Below, piece by piece: positions 49,682-59,944 of a stretch of 64,000 nt of DNA. The position numbers and the translations under genes were made by a program. Position 1 is the first letter of the stretch; each line of letters opens with the position of its first letter. Location: positions 32,001 through 96,000 of the forward strand of contig JBFWLW010000007.1 in assembly GCA_050251945.1 (NCBI GenBank), in the 5' to 3' direction. This DNA is from Deferribacterales bacterium (lineage in GTDB: Bacteria > Chrysiogenota > Deferribacteres > Deferribacterales > Geovibrionaceae). Below the pieces are notes generated by a model, which saw only the letters and a program-made list of their open reading frames with translations, had not been told where the DNA came from and did no database searches.

Positions 49682-51550
49682 ATGTCACAGGAGAGAATGC
49701 AGTTCAAAACCGAGGTGAACAAACTTCTTGAGCTGATGATTCATTCACTGTACTCGCACAAGGAGATATTCTTAAGAGAACTTATCTCCAACGCGTCCGA
49801 TGCAATCGACAAGCTGCGCTTTCATGCCCTGACCAACGACACACTTATCGAGGGTGATGCTGATTACAAAATTAAGCTTATCCCCGACAAAGAAAAGAAC
49901 ACCCTGACCATCGTTGACAACGGCATAGGCATGACAAAGGACGAGGCTGTTAAAGCGCTTGGCACGATTGCCCATTCCGGTACGAAAGAGTTCATGCAGC
50001 TGCTTGAAAAGAAAGAGAACAGCCCTGAGCTGATAGGTCAGTTCGGCGTGGGTTTCTACTCTTCGTTCATGGTTGCCGACCGCGTTACCGTCTGTTCAAG
50101 GAAAGCGGGTGAGGATGCCAGCGTCGGTATAAAATGGGAATCCACCGCCGATGGCTCATTCACCGTCGAACCTTATGAAATGAGCGAACGCGGGACACGC
50201 ATTGTTCTGTACCTGAAAGACGACAGCAAAGAATACACGGATCAGTGGGAAATAAAAGATATCGTAAAAAAATATTCCGATTACATAAGCTATCCGGTTG
50301 TTATGGACACAACTAAGAAAGAGGAAGAGAAGGACATAGTTGAGGAAGAGACGCTGAACTCCATGAAAGCTATCTGGCTGAAAGACAAAAACGAAGTTCA
50401 GCCGGACGAGTATAACCAGTTCTACCGTCATATCTCCCACGATTTCAAAGATGCTGCTTCAACAATTCATTTTAAGGCGGAGGGAACTTCCGAGTTCGCG
50501 GCTCTGCTGTTTATCCCTTCAAAAGCGCCGATGAACATCCTCTATGCCGATTTCAAATCAGGTCCCGCGCTCTATGTGCGCCGCGTACAGATCATGGAAC
50601 ACTGCGGCGAACTGATACCCAGCTGGCTGCGTTTTCTCGTCGGTGTTGTGGATTCGTCAGACCTGCCGCTGAACGTTTCCCGCGAGATTCTGCAAAACAA
50701 CAGACAGGTTGAGACAATCAAAAACAACATCACCAAAAAGGTTCTGGAAACGTTGGTAAAAATGAAGGCTTCCGAACCGGAAAAGTACCTTGAATTTTTC
50801 AACGAATTCGGCAGAGTGCTGAAAGAAGGCGTACATTTTGACTTTAAACGCAAAGAGGAGATAGCTTCCCTTATGGTGATGCAGTCAACAGCAACAGAGA
50901 GCGGAAAGATTACTTGTCTGGACGATTATCTTGCCCGTATGAAAACGGAGCAGGACGAAATATATTATATAACAGGTAAAAGCCGCGCCGAACTGGAAAA
51001 ATCGCCCTATCTGGAAGCTCTGAAAGAGAAAGAGCTTGAAGTGCTTTTCATGACCGACGACGTGGACGATATAATCATCTCAGGTCTTATGGAATACAAG
51101 GGCAAGAAATTCAAATCCATCCTTAAAGGTGATATCAGCCTTGGCAAAGAGGATGAGAAGAAAGAGGCGAAAGAGCATTTCGCTAAACTTACCGAAAAGG
51201 TGAAAGCGGTTCTGGGTGACAGCGTGAGCGAGGTCAGGCTTTCTTCAAGGCTTAAGAACTCACCCTGTGTTCTGGTGTCCGGCGATTCCGACATAGACCC
51301 CAACCTTGAGGCGATGCTTAAACAGATGGGACAGGAAGTACCCAAAAGAAGCAAAATACTGGAACTTAATCCTGACCATGCGCTGATTGAAAAGTTAAAC
51401 GCGGAGTTTGAAAACAACCCCGACGGCGATAAGGTGGCGGATATAAGTGAATTGCTTTACGATCAGGCACTTATCCTCGAGGGGAGCATGCCCGCGGACA
51501 CAGCGAAATTTGCTTCACTTTTAACGAAGGTAATGACTGAAACAGTTTAA
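49682..51550 (+). CDS. htpG: Chaperone HtpG (Hsp90)
   Basis: FLRELISNASDA, IGQFGVGFYS, DLPLNVSRE. Confidence 0.97.
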   Translation: MSQERMQFKTEVNKLLELMIHSLYSHKEIFLRELISNASDAIDKLRFHALTNDTLIEGDADYKIKLIPDKEKNTLTIVDNGIGMTKDEAVKALGTIAHSGTKEFMQLLEKKENSPELIGQFGVGFYSSFMVADRVTVCSRKAGEDASVGIKWESTADGSFTVEPYEMSERGTRIVLYLKDDSKEYTDQWEIKDIVKKYSDYISYPVVMDTTKKEEEKDIVEEETLNSMKAIWLKDKNEVQPDEYNQFYRHISHDFKDAASTIHFKAEGTSEFAALLFIPSKAPMNILYADFKSGPALYVRRVQIMEHCGELIPSWLRFLVGVVDSSDLPLNVSREILQNNRQVETIKNNITKKVLETLVKMKASEPEKYLEFFNEFGRVLKEGVHFDFKRKEEIASLMVMQSTATESGKITCLDDYLARMKTEQDEIYYITGKSRAELEKSPYLEALKEKELEVLFMTDDVDDIIISGLMEYKGKKFKSILKGDISLGKEDEKKEAKEHFAKLTEKVKAVLGDSVSEVRLSSRLKNSPCVLVSGDSDIDPNLEAMLKQMGQEVPKRSKILELNPDHALIEKLNAEFENNPDGDKVADISELLYDQALILEGSMPADTAKFASLLTKVMTETV

Positions 51551-51561
51551 TGTATAACCGG

Positions 51562-51589
51562 AAAGTGGGGCATTTGCCCCACTTTTTTT
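51562..51589 (+). terminator. Terminator of htpG
   Basis: AAAGTGGGGCA/TGCCCCACTTT plus T tract. Confidence 0.85.
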
Positions 51590-51622
51590 AGGTATGGATT
51601 AAAACAAATATTTAGGTATAAT

Positions 51623-51964
51623 ATGCGAAATAGTGCGTTGTTCGTTGGGATGCTTACAATGTCGAACGTTTTTATGACGTTCGCATGGTACGGGCATCTG
51701 AAACATCAGGCGGACAGAAGCTGGCTTTGGGCTGTTTTTATAAGCTGGGGAATAGCATTTTTTGAATATCTCATTCAGGTTCCTGCAAACCGGTTTGGAT
51801 ATCAGACGCTTTCTCTCGGTCAGCTTAAGATAACACAGGAGGTTATAACCCTTCTGGTGTTCATTCCGTTTTCGGTTGTTTTCATGAAAGAGCCGCTGAA
51901 GCTGAATTATCTTTGGGCGGCGCTCTGCATGACGGGGGCAGTGTATTTTATATTTAAGGGGTAA
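51623..51964 (+). CDS. Small DMT-family membrane protein (DUF486-like)
   Basis: SNVFMTFAWYGHLK, QVPANR, QEVITL. Confidence 0.85.
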   Translation: MRNSALFVGMLTMSNVFMTFAWYGHLKHQADRSWLWAVFISWGIAFFEYLIQVPANRFGYQTLSLGQLKITQEVITLLVFIPFSVVFMKEPLKLNYLWAALCMTGAVYFIFKG

Positions 51965-51967
51965 AAA

Positions 51968-52312
51968 ATGACAGAGTTGGATTCAGCGGTTGAGATTATC
52001 AAATCAATTGCCGACAGAAACAGGCTCCGAATGGTGCTTATGCTGAACAAACGCCCGATGTGCGTTTGTGAACTGGACACAGTGCTGGGCATAGCGCTTT
52101 CAACTATTTCCGCACACCTGAAGCAGATGCGTTCCGCAGGGGTTATAACCTCTGAAAAGGACGGACGCTGGGTGATCTATCGCGTTTCTGACGATTCCTC
52201 AATCCGTATGATCGTAAATTCGTTGGCACTGCAATTAGCTGATGATAAACAGATTATACAGGATTATGACGCGATATCGGATATCACGCGTGAGGTATGT
52301 TCTAAAAAATAG
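51968..52312 (+). CDS. ArsR/SmtB-family regulator
   Basis: MCVCEL, STISAHLKQM, KDGRWVIY. Confidence 0.9.
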   Translation: MTELDSAVEIIKSIADRNRLRMVLMLNKRPMCVCELDTVLGIALSTISAHLKQMRSAGVITSEKDGRWVIYRVSDDSSIRMIVNSLALQLADDKQIIQDYDAISDITREVCSKK

Positions 52313-52396
52313 TAAATTTGTCTGAATTTCCGCTTGAAATTGAGATAAAACTAGTATACTTTAACGTTGAGTATTTGATCATTCAGGCGGTGTAAC

Positions 52397-52831
52397 ATGA
52401 ATAATAAAATGGTTGAGCAGGATCTCGACACAATGGAAGCTTTTTCAAAGCTCGTGCAGACGGCGGAGACAGTATCCGCTTGCGCTTATGCGCATCTTAA
52501 GGATTTCGGTCTTACAGTGAGCCAGTTCGGCGTTCTTGAAGCTCTTTACACAAAAGGAGCTATGTGCCAGAAAGACATTGCGGAGATAATCCGCAAGACC
52601 ACAGGCAACATGACCACTGTTATAGACAATCTTGAAAAGAGCGGACTTGCAGAAAGACGCAAAGACCAGAGCGACAGACGTTTTTTTACCGTGTCCATCA
52701 CAGAAAAGGGCATGGATCTGCTTAACATGGTCTACGACCGTTATAAAAGCAACGTTGAGCGCGTAATTGGCAGACTTTCAGCGGAAGACAGACAGACACT
52801 TGAGACTATTCTCCGCAAATTAAGCTGTTAA
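52397..52831 (+). CDS. MarR-family regulator (MhqR-like)
   Basis: LTVSQFGVLEAL, GNMTTVIDNLEK, DRR. Confidence 0.9.
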   Translation: MNNKMVEQDLDTMEAFSKLVQTAETVSACAYAHLKDFGLTVSQFGVLEALYTKGAMCQKDIAEIIRKTTGNMTTVIDNLEKSGLAERRKDQSDRRFFTVSITEKGMDLLNMVYDRYKSNVERVIGRLSAEDRQTLETILRKLSC

Positions 52832-52939
52832 ATTTTTTTACCCGTAAAGGGAAAAGATTTATCTGAAGCTAATATATGTCTTGAAACGCAGATATTTGTA
52901 GTCTATCCTTGTTCTATCATATGATACAGGGAGACTGTC

Positions 52940-53455
52940 ATGCATGAAAAGAGTATAGAGCTTCTGAACAAAGCTATTGCGGATGAGGTGGCAACGCTCC
53001 ACCAGTACATGTATTTCCATTTCCACTGCGACGATCAGGGGTATGACCTGCTTGCCGCACTGTTTAAGAGAACTGCCATTGAAGAGATGATCCACGTTGA
53101 GCGTCTTTCAGACAGGATTCTGTTCCTTAACGGTGAAATAGAGCTTAAAGCAGGATGGGATGTTTTTAAACAGAAAGACGTCTCTAAAATGCTTGATATG
53201 GCACGGAAGATGGAAGAAAAGAGTGCGATGGATTATAACAGATGGGCAAATGAGTGCTCTGCTAACGCGGATTCTGTTTCCAAGAAACTTTTTGAGGATC
53301 TTGTTAACGATGAAGAGCGCCACTATGACCAGTTTGACGACGAAAGGGAAAACATGAGCCGTTTCGGAGAAAATTATCTCGCACTTCAGTCTATGGAAAG
53401 AAGCAAAACCCGCTCTAATTTGCCCCCAGTGGGCAGCGGCGGAGCAGACGCTTAA
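52940..53455 (+). CDS. bfr: Bacterioferritin
   Basis: E…QY..H, EEMIHVE (Met heme ligand), DEERH ferroxidase motifs. Confidence 0.85.
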   Translation: MHEKSIELLNKAIADEVATLHQYMYFHFHCDDQGYDLLAALFKRTAIEEMIHVERLSDRILFLNGEIELKAGWDVFKQKDVSKMLDMARKMEEKSAMDYNRWANECSANADSVSKKLFEDLVNDEERHYDQFDDERENMSRFGENYLALQSMERSKTRSNLPPVGSGGADA

Positions 53456-53478
53456 CTTTGGCATCACAAAAAAAACAC

Positions 53479-53513
53479 AACCCGCATGTTCCTGAATATG
53501 CGGGTTTTTTCTT
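53479..53513 (+). terminator. Terminator of bfr
   Basis: AACCCGCAT/ATGCGGGTT plus T tract. Confidence 0.75.
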
Positions 53514-53567
53514 GTCTTTTCTGTTTTAAACATGTATTCTCCATAAGTTTTTACCGGCAGGTCAAAA

Positions 53568-55562
53568 GTGAAATACAGAAAAGATATCGACGGATTGCGA
53601 TCCATTGCGATTTTGCCTGTTATCCTGTATCATGCGGGGATATCCGCATTTTCAGGTGGTTTTATCGGTGTCGACGTTTTTTTTGTCATTTCCGGCTACC
53701 TCATTACATCAATCATCCACAAAGAGCTTGTTTCAGGAACGTTTACCATTGCTAATTTTTATGTCAGGCGTGTGAAGCGTATATTTCCCGCACTGTTCGC
53801 AATGATCGCCGTAACGGGGCTGCTTTCATATTTTTTCCTTCTTCCTTCCCATTTTGAAAAATTCGGAAAAAGCGCCGCTGCCGCGGTGTTTTTTTGTGCA
53901 AATATTGTTTTCTGGGGCGACAGCGGCTATTTTGAGACAGCCGCAGAGAGCAAGCCGCTTCTGCATACATGGTCGCTGGGGGTTGAGGAACAGTTTTATA
54001 TCTTTTTCCCTCTGATGCTCATGTTTTTTGCTAAGCGGGGTTTCAGACATCTTAAAACAATAATCATTTCAATTTTTATAATCTCTTTCCTGCTCAATGT
54101 CATATGTATTAAAATGTTTCCGTCTACCGTTTTTTTTAACCTGCCTTTCCGCGCATGGGAAATGATGCTCGGCGCCATGCTCGCGCTGGGTTTTTTTCCT
54201 TCTGCCGAAGGGGTCAAACGCGAGATTTCGGGCGTTTCCGGATTATTGCTTATAGCCGCAGGCATATTTTTGATAGACGAGAATACTCTTTTCCCGGGTT
54301 ATGCCGCGCTTCTTCCGTGTATCGGGACGGCGCTGGTAATACATGCCGAGGGTTCTGCGGTTAACAGATTTCTCTCGCTGAAACCGCTTGTGTGGGTTGG
54401 GCTTCTGTCCTATTCCCTTTATATCTGGCACTGGCCGCTTTTCGCTTTCAGAAACTATATCTCCGCAGTTGAGTTCGACTCTTTTTTCCTGACCAATACG
54501 TTTCTTATACCTGCTGTTTTTGCTATGGCGGTCTTTTCTTATTATGTGGTCGAAAAACCTCTGCGCACTATGAAAGTGTATAATAAAAGACAGCTTTTTG
54601 CATACGCCGCCGCCTGTATGGGAGTCTTGTGTCTGCCCGCCATATACGTTGAGCATACCAACGGTATGGGTGCAAGATTCTCCAAAAATGTAATTGAAGC
54701 AAGCACGGCAAAGATGGGTGGGCTTGACCCGAAAAAGTGCTTCGATATTGAATACGAGGATATAACAAAAGACAGGCTCTGCCGCATCGGAGGCAAAGCC
54801 GAGCCGACCTTCGCACTGGTAGGCGATTCGCATGCTCTTGCCATGAGCGGCGGTATGGATGCCCTGCTTAAAAAAACCGATACCGCAGGTCTGCTGTTCG
54901 CGCGCTCCACATGCGCACCTGCAGACGGTACGGACGTTTTGAACGGCGCAAGATATCTGGACTGCAGTAAATACATAGATAAGGCGCTTGACGTTATCAT
55001 AAGCGGATCCAGCGTAAAGACAGTATTTCTGACGGCAAGATGGGGCATGTATGCCAATAATAAGCGCTATCAGGGTACGACAAAACTTTATGTGGTGAAA
55101 GACGGCGAGGATAAGGGCAGTCCCTATGCAAGCGACGGACTGCTTTATAAAGGACTTAAAAGTACGATAGCCAGACTTAACGCCGCCGGAATAAATGCGG
55201 TTGTGATACTGGACGTGCCTGATATCGGTTTTGACGTGCCTGTTGAGGCGGGCAAATATGCCATGATGAAGCAGATGTTTGGCGACAGGGTGGCGAAACT
55301 GGACTATGATTTCAGCTCGTCCACTCACTATGCATGGGCAAAAGATTTCAACGATATGATCAAATCCCTTTCAAAAGAGGTTCGGTTTTCTGTTATAGAC
55401 CCTTCGGAATTCCTTTGCAAAAACGGAGAATGTGAGCTTTTCGACGGAATGTCTCCGCTTTATTTTGATTCCAACCACTTGTCAGTTCAAGGCTCTTTGT
55501 TCGTTGCCGGTCGAATGGCACCAAAGATCAGAGCAGCGATAAAAAATTCAGACAAATTTTGA
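53568..55562 (+). CDS. Acyltransferase-3 + SGNH O-acetyltransferase (OafA/OatA-like)
   Basis: DGLR, GVDVFFVISG, HTWSLGVEEQFY, GDSH, DSNHL; GTG start. Confidence 0.92.
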   Translation: MKYRKDIDGLRSIAILPVILYHAGISAFSGGFIGVDVFFVISGYLITSIIHKELVSGTFTIANFYVRRVKRIFPALFAMIAVTGLLSYFFLLPSHFEKFGKSAAAAVFFCANIVFWGDSGYFETAAESKPLLHTWSLGVEEQFYIFFPLMLMFFAKRGFRHLKTIIISIFIISFLLNVICIKMFPSTVFFNLPFRAWEMMLGAMLALGFFPSAEGVKREISGVSGLLLIAAGIFLIDENTLFPGYAALLPCIGTALVIHAEGSAVNRFLSLKPLVWVGLLSYSLYIWHWPLFAFRNYISAVEFDSFFLTNTFLIPAVFAMAVFSYYVVEKPLRTMKVYNKRQLFAYAAACMGVLCLPAIYVEHTNGMGARFSKNVIEASTAKMGGLDPKKCFDIEYEDITKDRLCRIGGKAEPTFALVGDSHALAMSGGMDALLKKTDTAGLLFARSTCAPADGTDVLNGARYLDCSKYIDKALDVIISGSSVKTVFLTARWGMYANNKRYQGTTKLYVVKDGEDKGSPYASDGLLYKGLKSTIARLNAAGINAVVILDVPDIGFDVPVEAGKYAMMKQMFGDRVAKLDYDFSSSTHYAWAKDFNDMIKSLSKEVRFSVIDPSEFLCKNGECELFDGMSPLYFDSNHLSVQGSLFVAGRMAPKIRAAIKNSDKF

Positions 55563-55599
55563 CATCAATCAAGTTATTCCCGTACAATATGTTTATATT
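55559..55599 (+). promoter_or_regulatory. FNR/CRP-family box with downstream -10
   Basis: TTGAC-ATCA-ATCAA at 55559-55572; TATATT at 55594-55599. Confidence 0.6.
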
Positions 55600-55633
55600 G
55601 GCTTTCATAAGATGAAAGACTAAGGAGATTACA

Positions 55634-56836
55634 ATGATAAACGCCAATATAACAGTTTACGAACTTTCCAAACAGCACCCAGCGGCATTCAGCCTGTTTG
55701 TCAGCAAGGGTTTCGATAGCTTTAAAGACGAAAAAGTGCTTTCTGCCGCAGGAAAATTCCTTAAACTGGAAACAGCGATAAAACAGAAAAATTATGACGT
55801 TCAGACATTTCTGAACAGCCTTGCAGAGATAGAGAAAAACAACGACGCATCAGTGGACGTTACCCTTAAAGAGCGGAAGACGGATGGGGATATAACCCTT
55901 AAAGGACTTCTGCCATGTCCGGTACGCCTGCCTCTGCTTGAAAAGATAGACGCTTTCGCAGAGAGCGTTAAAGAGCAGACGGGGCTGACAGTGGCATACG
56001 ATCTCATCGCCGCCGCACAGGGGCAGGGATGGCTTGAGGAGAACGTTGTGGGCATCAAAGCGGAGAACGTTCCCGATCTGTTCGTTTCTGCGGGATTCGA
56101 CGTTTTCTTCGATGAGCGTTCATTCGGAAAACATGTGAAAAACGGTATGTTCGAGGATATGACTGGCGAGTGCCACGATTATCTTGCGCAGATGAAAGAC
56201 CCCAAAGGCAACTACGGCATGGTTGGGGTTGTCCCCGCTGTGTTCATGGTGAACCTCGATGCGCTTGGTGCAAGACAAGTCCCCAGAGGCTGGGCTGATC
56301 TGCTTTCACCTGAATTTGAAAAGAGCGTTTCCCTTCCCGTCGGTGACTTTGACCTGTTCAACTCCCTTTTGGTGCACATCCACCACATGTTCGGTGACTC
56401 AGGGGTTAAGAAGCTGGCAAAGAGCATGATACAGTCCATGCACCCCGCGCAGATGGTTAAGAATGCAGGCAGAAAGACAGAGGCGAAACCCGCCGTGACC
56501 ATTATGCCTTACTTCTTTACAAAGATGCTGTTCGGAAGCAAATCCGTTGAGATAGTATGGCCTTCTGAGGGCAGTATCATAAGCCCCGTGTTCATGCTTA
56601 CCCGCAAAGACAGAAAAGAAATTATCAAACCCGCCGCCGACTTCCTTTACGGAAAAGAGACAGGCGAGATAATGGCTCACAAAGGACTTTTTCCCGTACT
56701 GAACAAAGAGGTGGACAACAGACTTCCCGAAGGCGCCAGGTTCTACTGGGTCGGCTGGGACTATATATACAAAACAGATATGGGCAGTCTGCTTGAAAGA
56801 CTGAACAGCATGTTCAACGAAAGACTGGAGGCGTAA
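55634..56836 (+). CDS. Signal-less substrate-binding-fold protein with DUF1858-like N-terminus
   Basis: No signal peptide; GLLPCPVR, PRGWADLL, WPSEG SBP-like motifs. Confidence 0.7.
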   Translation: MINANITVYELSKQHPAAFSLFVSKGFDSFKDEKVLSAAGKFLKLETAIKQKNYDVQTFLNSLAEIEKNNDASVDVTLKERKTDGDITLKGLLPCPVRLPLLEKIDAFAESVKEQTGLTVAYDLIAAAQGQGWLEENVVGIKAENVPDLFVSAGFDVFFDERSFGKHVKNGMFEDMTGECHDYLAQMKDPKGNYGMVGVVPAVFMVNLDALGARQVPRGWADLLSPEFEKSVSLPVGDFDLFNSLLVHIHHMFGDSGVKKLAKSMIQSMHPAQMVKNAGRKTEAKPAVTIMPYFFTKMLFGSKSVEIVWPSEGSIISPVFMLTRKDRKEIIKPAADFLYGKETGEIMAHKGLFPVLNKEVDNRLPEGARFYWVGWDYIYKTDMGSLLERLNSMFNERLEA

Positions 56837-56838
56837 CA

Positions 56839-57534
56839 ATGAGATTCGTAACCGTAAGCGGCCCACCGTCATCAGGTAAGACCGCCGTGATACTTAAAAC
56901 CGTTGAAAGCCTCCGCCAGCGCGGCATAAAGGCAGGCGTGGTCAAATTTGACTGCCTCTATACAGACGACGATAAGCTGTACGAACAGAAGGGAATACCT
57001 GTTAAAAAAGGACTTTCCGGCGCACTCTGCCCCGACCACTACTTCGTGAGCAACGTATCCGAAAGTTTTGAATGGGGCAAAAAGCAGGGCGTTGATATCC
57101 TCATCAGCGAAAGCGCCGGGCTTTGCAACAGATGCAGTCCGCATATTAAAGAAATTCTGGCTGTCTGCGTTATAGACAACCTTTCAGGCATAAACACGCC
57201 AAAAAAGATAGGACCGATGCTGAAATCCGCCGACGTGGTTGTCATAACCAAAGGCGACATAGTTTCGCAGGCGGAGCGTGAGGTGTTCGCGTCGAGGGTT
57301 GCAACCGTTAACCCCACGGCGAGCATAATGCATGTTAACGGTATCACAGGTCAGGGTGCTTTCGAGCTTTCGACGCTTTTTGCCGACGAAAAGACCGAAA
57401 CCGACACACTGAACGGAAAAAGCCTTAGATTTTCAATGCCATCGGCACTCTGCTCATACTGCCTCGGCGAAAAGAGAATCGGCGCTGAATATCAGATGGG
57501 CAACGTAAGAAAGATGGATGTGGACAATGGATAG
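56839..57534 (+). CDS. HypB/UreG/CobW-like GTP-binding protein, Cys-rich
   Basis: GPPSSGKT, LCPDH, ESAGLCNRC, TKGD, CSYC. Confidence 0.85.
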   Translation: MRFVTVSGPPSSGKTAVILKTVESLRQRGIKAGVVKFDCLYTDDDKLYEQKGIPVKKGLSGALCPDHYFVSNVSESFEWGKKQGVDILISESAGLCNRCSPHIKEILAVCVIDNLSGINTPKKIGPMLKSADVVVITKGDIVSQAEREVFASRVATVNPTASIMHVNGITGQGAFELSTLFADEKTETDTLNGKSLRFSMPSALCSYCLGEKRIGAEYQMGNVRKMDVDNG

Positions 57535-58519
57535 ACAGCAGATTTTACATAAACCTTTTGCGGAACTTCTGGCTGAAATGCCCTTTGCAGGCGACTTCTT
57601 CGAGTCTCAGGGACTCGAGGATCCGACGGCATCGGTGAAGAATTTTATCGACAATCTGACCGACACACAGCTTGAAGACATGGGCATTGAGCCTGCGGAG
57701 TTTCTGAACAGCTTCTTTACGTTCCTTGAAGCTGTCGGTTCGATGACCGAGAGAACGTCAGTGATCAGCAGTCTTACCATCACAGGCGGCATCAATAAGA
57801 AGGGCGAGGATGAAAACTTTGAGCTTGAGATAAAAGCGGGCGAGATAATCTGTATCGTGGGTCCCACAGGTTCAGGTAAAAGCCGTCTGCTGGCAGATAT
57901 CGAGTGGATGGCGATGGGTGATACGCCCACTAATCGCCGCATTAAGATTAACGGTGCGGATCCCGACAAAAGCTGGAGATTTTCGCCGGAACACAAGCCG
58001 GTCGCTCAGCTGTCCCAGAACATGAACTTCGTAATGGATCTCACCGCCAGAGAGTTTGTGCGCATACACGCGGAGAGCCGCTTTGTGCAGAACCCTGACG
58101 AAAAGGTCGAAATCATCATAGAGAAGGCGAACGAGCTTGCAGGAGAAAAATTCGACGGCGACACGCCTGTGACATCCCTCTCCGGCGGACAGTCCAGAGC
58201 GCTTATGATTGCGGATACAGCTTTTCTCAGCAAGTCTCCCATCGTTCTTATAGATGAGATTGAGAACGCAGGTATAGACCGCAAAAAAGCGTTAGACCTT
58301 CTTGTAGGTGAGGAAAAGATAGTGCTGATGTCAACCCACGACCCGATTCTGGCGCTGATGGGCGACAAAAGGCTGGTTATTAAGAACGGCGGCGTTGCGA
58401 AGATAATCACAACCTCTGACAAGGAACGCAAGAACCTCGAACAGCTTCAGGAGCTTGATAAAAAACTGCTGGAACTGCGCAACAGAGTTAGAACAGGCGA
58501 CACACTGGAAGAGATATGA
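57527..58519 (+). CDS. ABC-type ATPase with extra N-terminal domain
   Basis: GPTGSGKS, LSGGQ, LIDE, STHD. Confidence 0.88.
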   Translation: MDRQQILHKPFAELLAEMPFAGDFFESQGLEDPTASVKNFIDNLTDTQLEDMGIEPAEFLNSFFTFLEAVGSMTERTSVISSLTITGGINKKGEDENFELEIKAGEIICIVGPTGSGKSRLLADIEWMAMGDTPTNRRIKINGADPDKSWRFSPEHKPVAQLSQNMNFVMDLTAREFVRIHAESRFVQNPDEKVEIIIEKANELAGEKFDGDTPVTSLSGGQSRALMIADTAFLSKSPIVLIDEIENAGIDRKKALDLLVGEEKIVLMSTHDPILALMGDKRLVIKNGGVAKIITTSDKERKNLEQLQELDKKLLELRNRVRTGDTLEEI

Positions 58520-58812
58520 GAAAAGAGAAAAGGGTGGTCAGAGACGCAAAGGTTCTGACCGCCTTTACAGGCGTTTACTGCCGCGAAAACCATAAAACAG
58601 AAAGACTTTGCGAGGACTGCAAGGCTGTTCTGGAATATGCCCTGCGTCGCAACGATAAATGTCCGCTCGACCCGAAACCCAAATGCAAAGACTGCAAAAT
58701 TCACTGCTATAAGCCTGAAATGCGCGCCAAAATTCGCGAAATCATGAAATTCAGCGGCATTTATTTTATCAAGCGCGGACGCATCGACTGGCTCTTCCAC
58801 TATTTTTTATAG
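58516..58812 (+). CDS. YgbA-like Cys-rich protein (nitrous oxide-stimulated promoter family)
   Basis: YCRENH, LCEDC, CPLDPKPKCKDCKIHCY. Confidence 0.8.
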   Translation: MRKEKRVVRDAKVLTAFTGVYCRENHKTERLCEDCKAVLEYALRRNDKCPLDPKPKCKDCKIHCYKPEMRAKIREIMKFSGIYFIKRGRIDWLFHYFL

Positions 58813-58936
58813 GTTATCAGCCTCCCTCTGATAAAAGATTTGCACTGTTTATGCAAGTGTTTCTGCTCCAAACCTGTTGAACAGGAGGGAGAAAATACTT
58901 TGTAAACTTTCTTCTATGGGCGTATAATCCCGCACT

Positions 58937-59836
58937 ATGTCTGCAAATCAAACTCCTAAATACGACAATGAGACGATGGGAATCGTGATGATGCTTGGCG
59001 CATCCGTATGTTTTTCGTCCATGGGTTATTTCATAAAGAAGCTGACAGAGGATTTCTCCACCATGGAGATAATCTTCATGCGCAACCTGATAACCATGCT
59101 TATCATATGGAGCGCTATGGTTATTGTACGTCCTGTGAGCCGCGGCGGGAAGCCCGTGCTTCTCATTATGCGCGGGGTGTACGGTGTTACGGCGATGATA
59201 GCTTTTTTCTATGCCATAAGTGTTATGCACCTTGCCACCGCCGCCACGTTCTCAAAAACTTCGCCGCTTTTTACGGCGCTGATAGCAGTTTTTGTTATGA
59301 AGGAAAAAGCGGACTGGCGTGTCTGGACGGCTATAGGCGTTGGCTTTTTCGGTGTTCTTTTTATCCTTAAGCCGGGCGGGAACGTGCCGCCTGCGGGGTA
59401 TGCGGCGGGTATCCTATGCGGAGTTCTCGCGGCGTTCGCGTATACCACGGTGCGCGGTCTTGCGGACTATTACGATGCTCGTGTGGTCGTGTTCGTTTTT
59501 TCTCTGGTGGGTGTTATCGGCTCGCTGGTATATTTTATAGTGCTTTATTTTTCAGGCGACCCACGCTACGCAAACTGGGATTTTCTTCCACACGGTCTGC
59601 ATCTATGGTATTTCATAATTTCAGGCGCACTGGCATCCGCCGCACAGTTTCTCATGTCCAAGTCTTATTACTACGGTCGTGCGTCGCTCATGGGAGCGAT
59701 AAGCTATTCAGAACTTGTTTTCAGTGTGTTTACCGGTTTTCTGGCGGGCGACAGACTGCCGGATTTCGTGTCTTTCGCCGGTATGTTTCTGGTGTTTCTC
59801 AGCGGCATTCTCATTGTCCGCGCCAGAAAGAAGTAA
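58937..59836 (+). CDS. EamA/DMT-family transporter
   Basis: About 10 TM, TSPLFTALIA, EKAD. Confidence 0.85.
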   Translation: MSANQTPKYDNETMGIVMMLGASVCFSSMGYFIKKLTEDFSTMEIIFMRNLITMLIIWSAMVIVRPVSRGGKPVLLIMRGVYGVTAMIAFFYAISVMHLATAATFSKTSPLFTALIAVFVMKEKADWRVWTAIGVGFFGVLFILKPGGNVPPAGYAAGILCGVLAAFAYTTVRGLADYYDARVVVFVFSLVGVIGSLVYFIVLYFSGDPRYANWDFLPHGLHLWYFIISGALASAAQFLMSKSYYYGRASLMGAISYSELVFSVFTGFLAGDRLPDFVSFAGMFLVFLSGILIVRARKK

Positions 59837-59944
59837 AACAGGACAAAATTAATATTTTTTACACCGTTCTTTCTTGACATTCAAGCACATAGCGTTAAAC
59901 TTAGAACATAAAATTTTGTGTTTTATTTTATCGGAGTAAGACAT

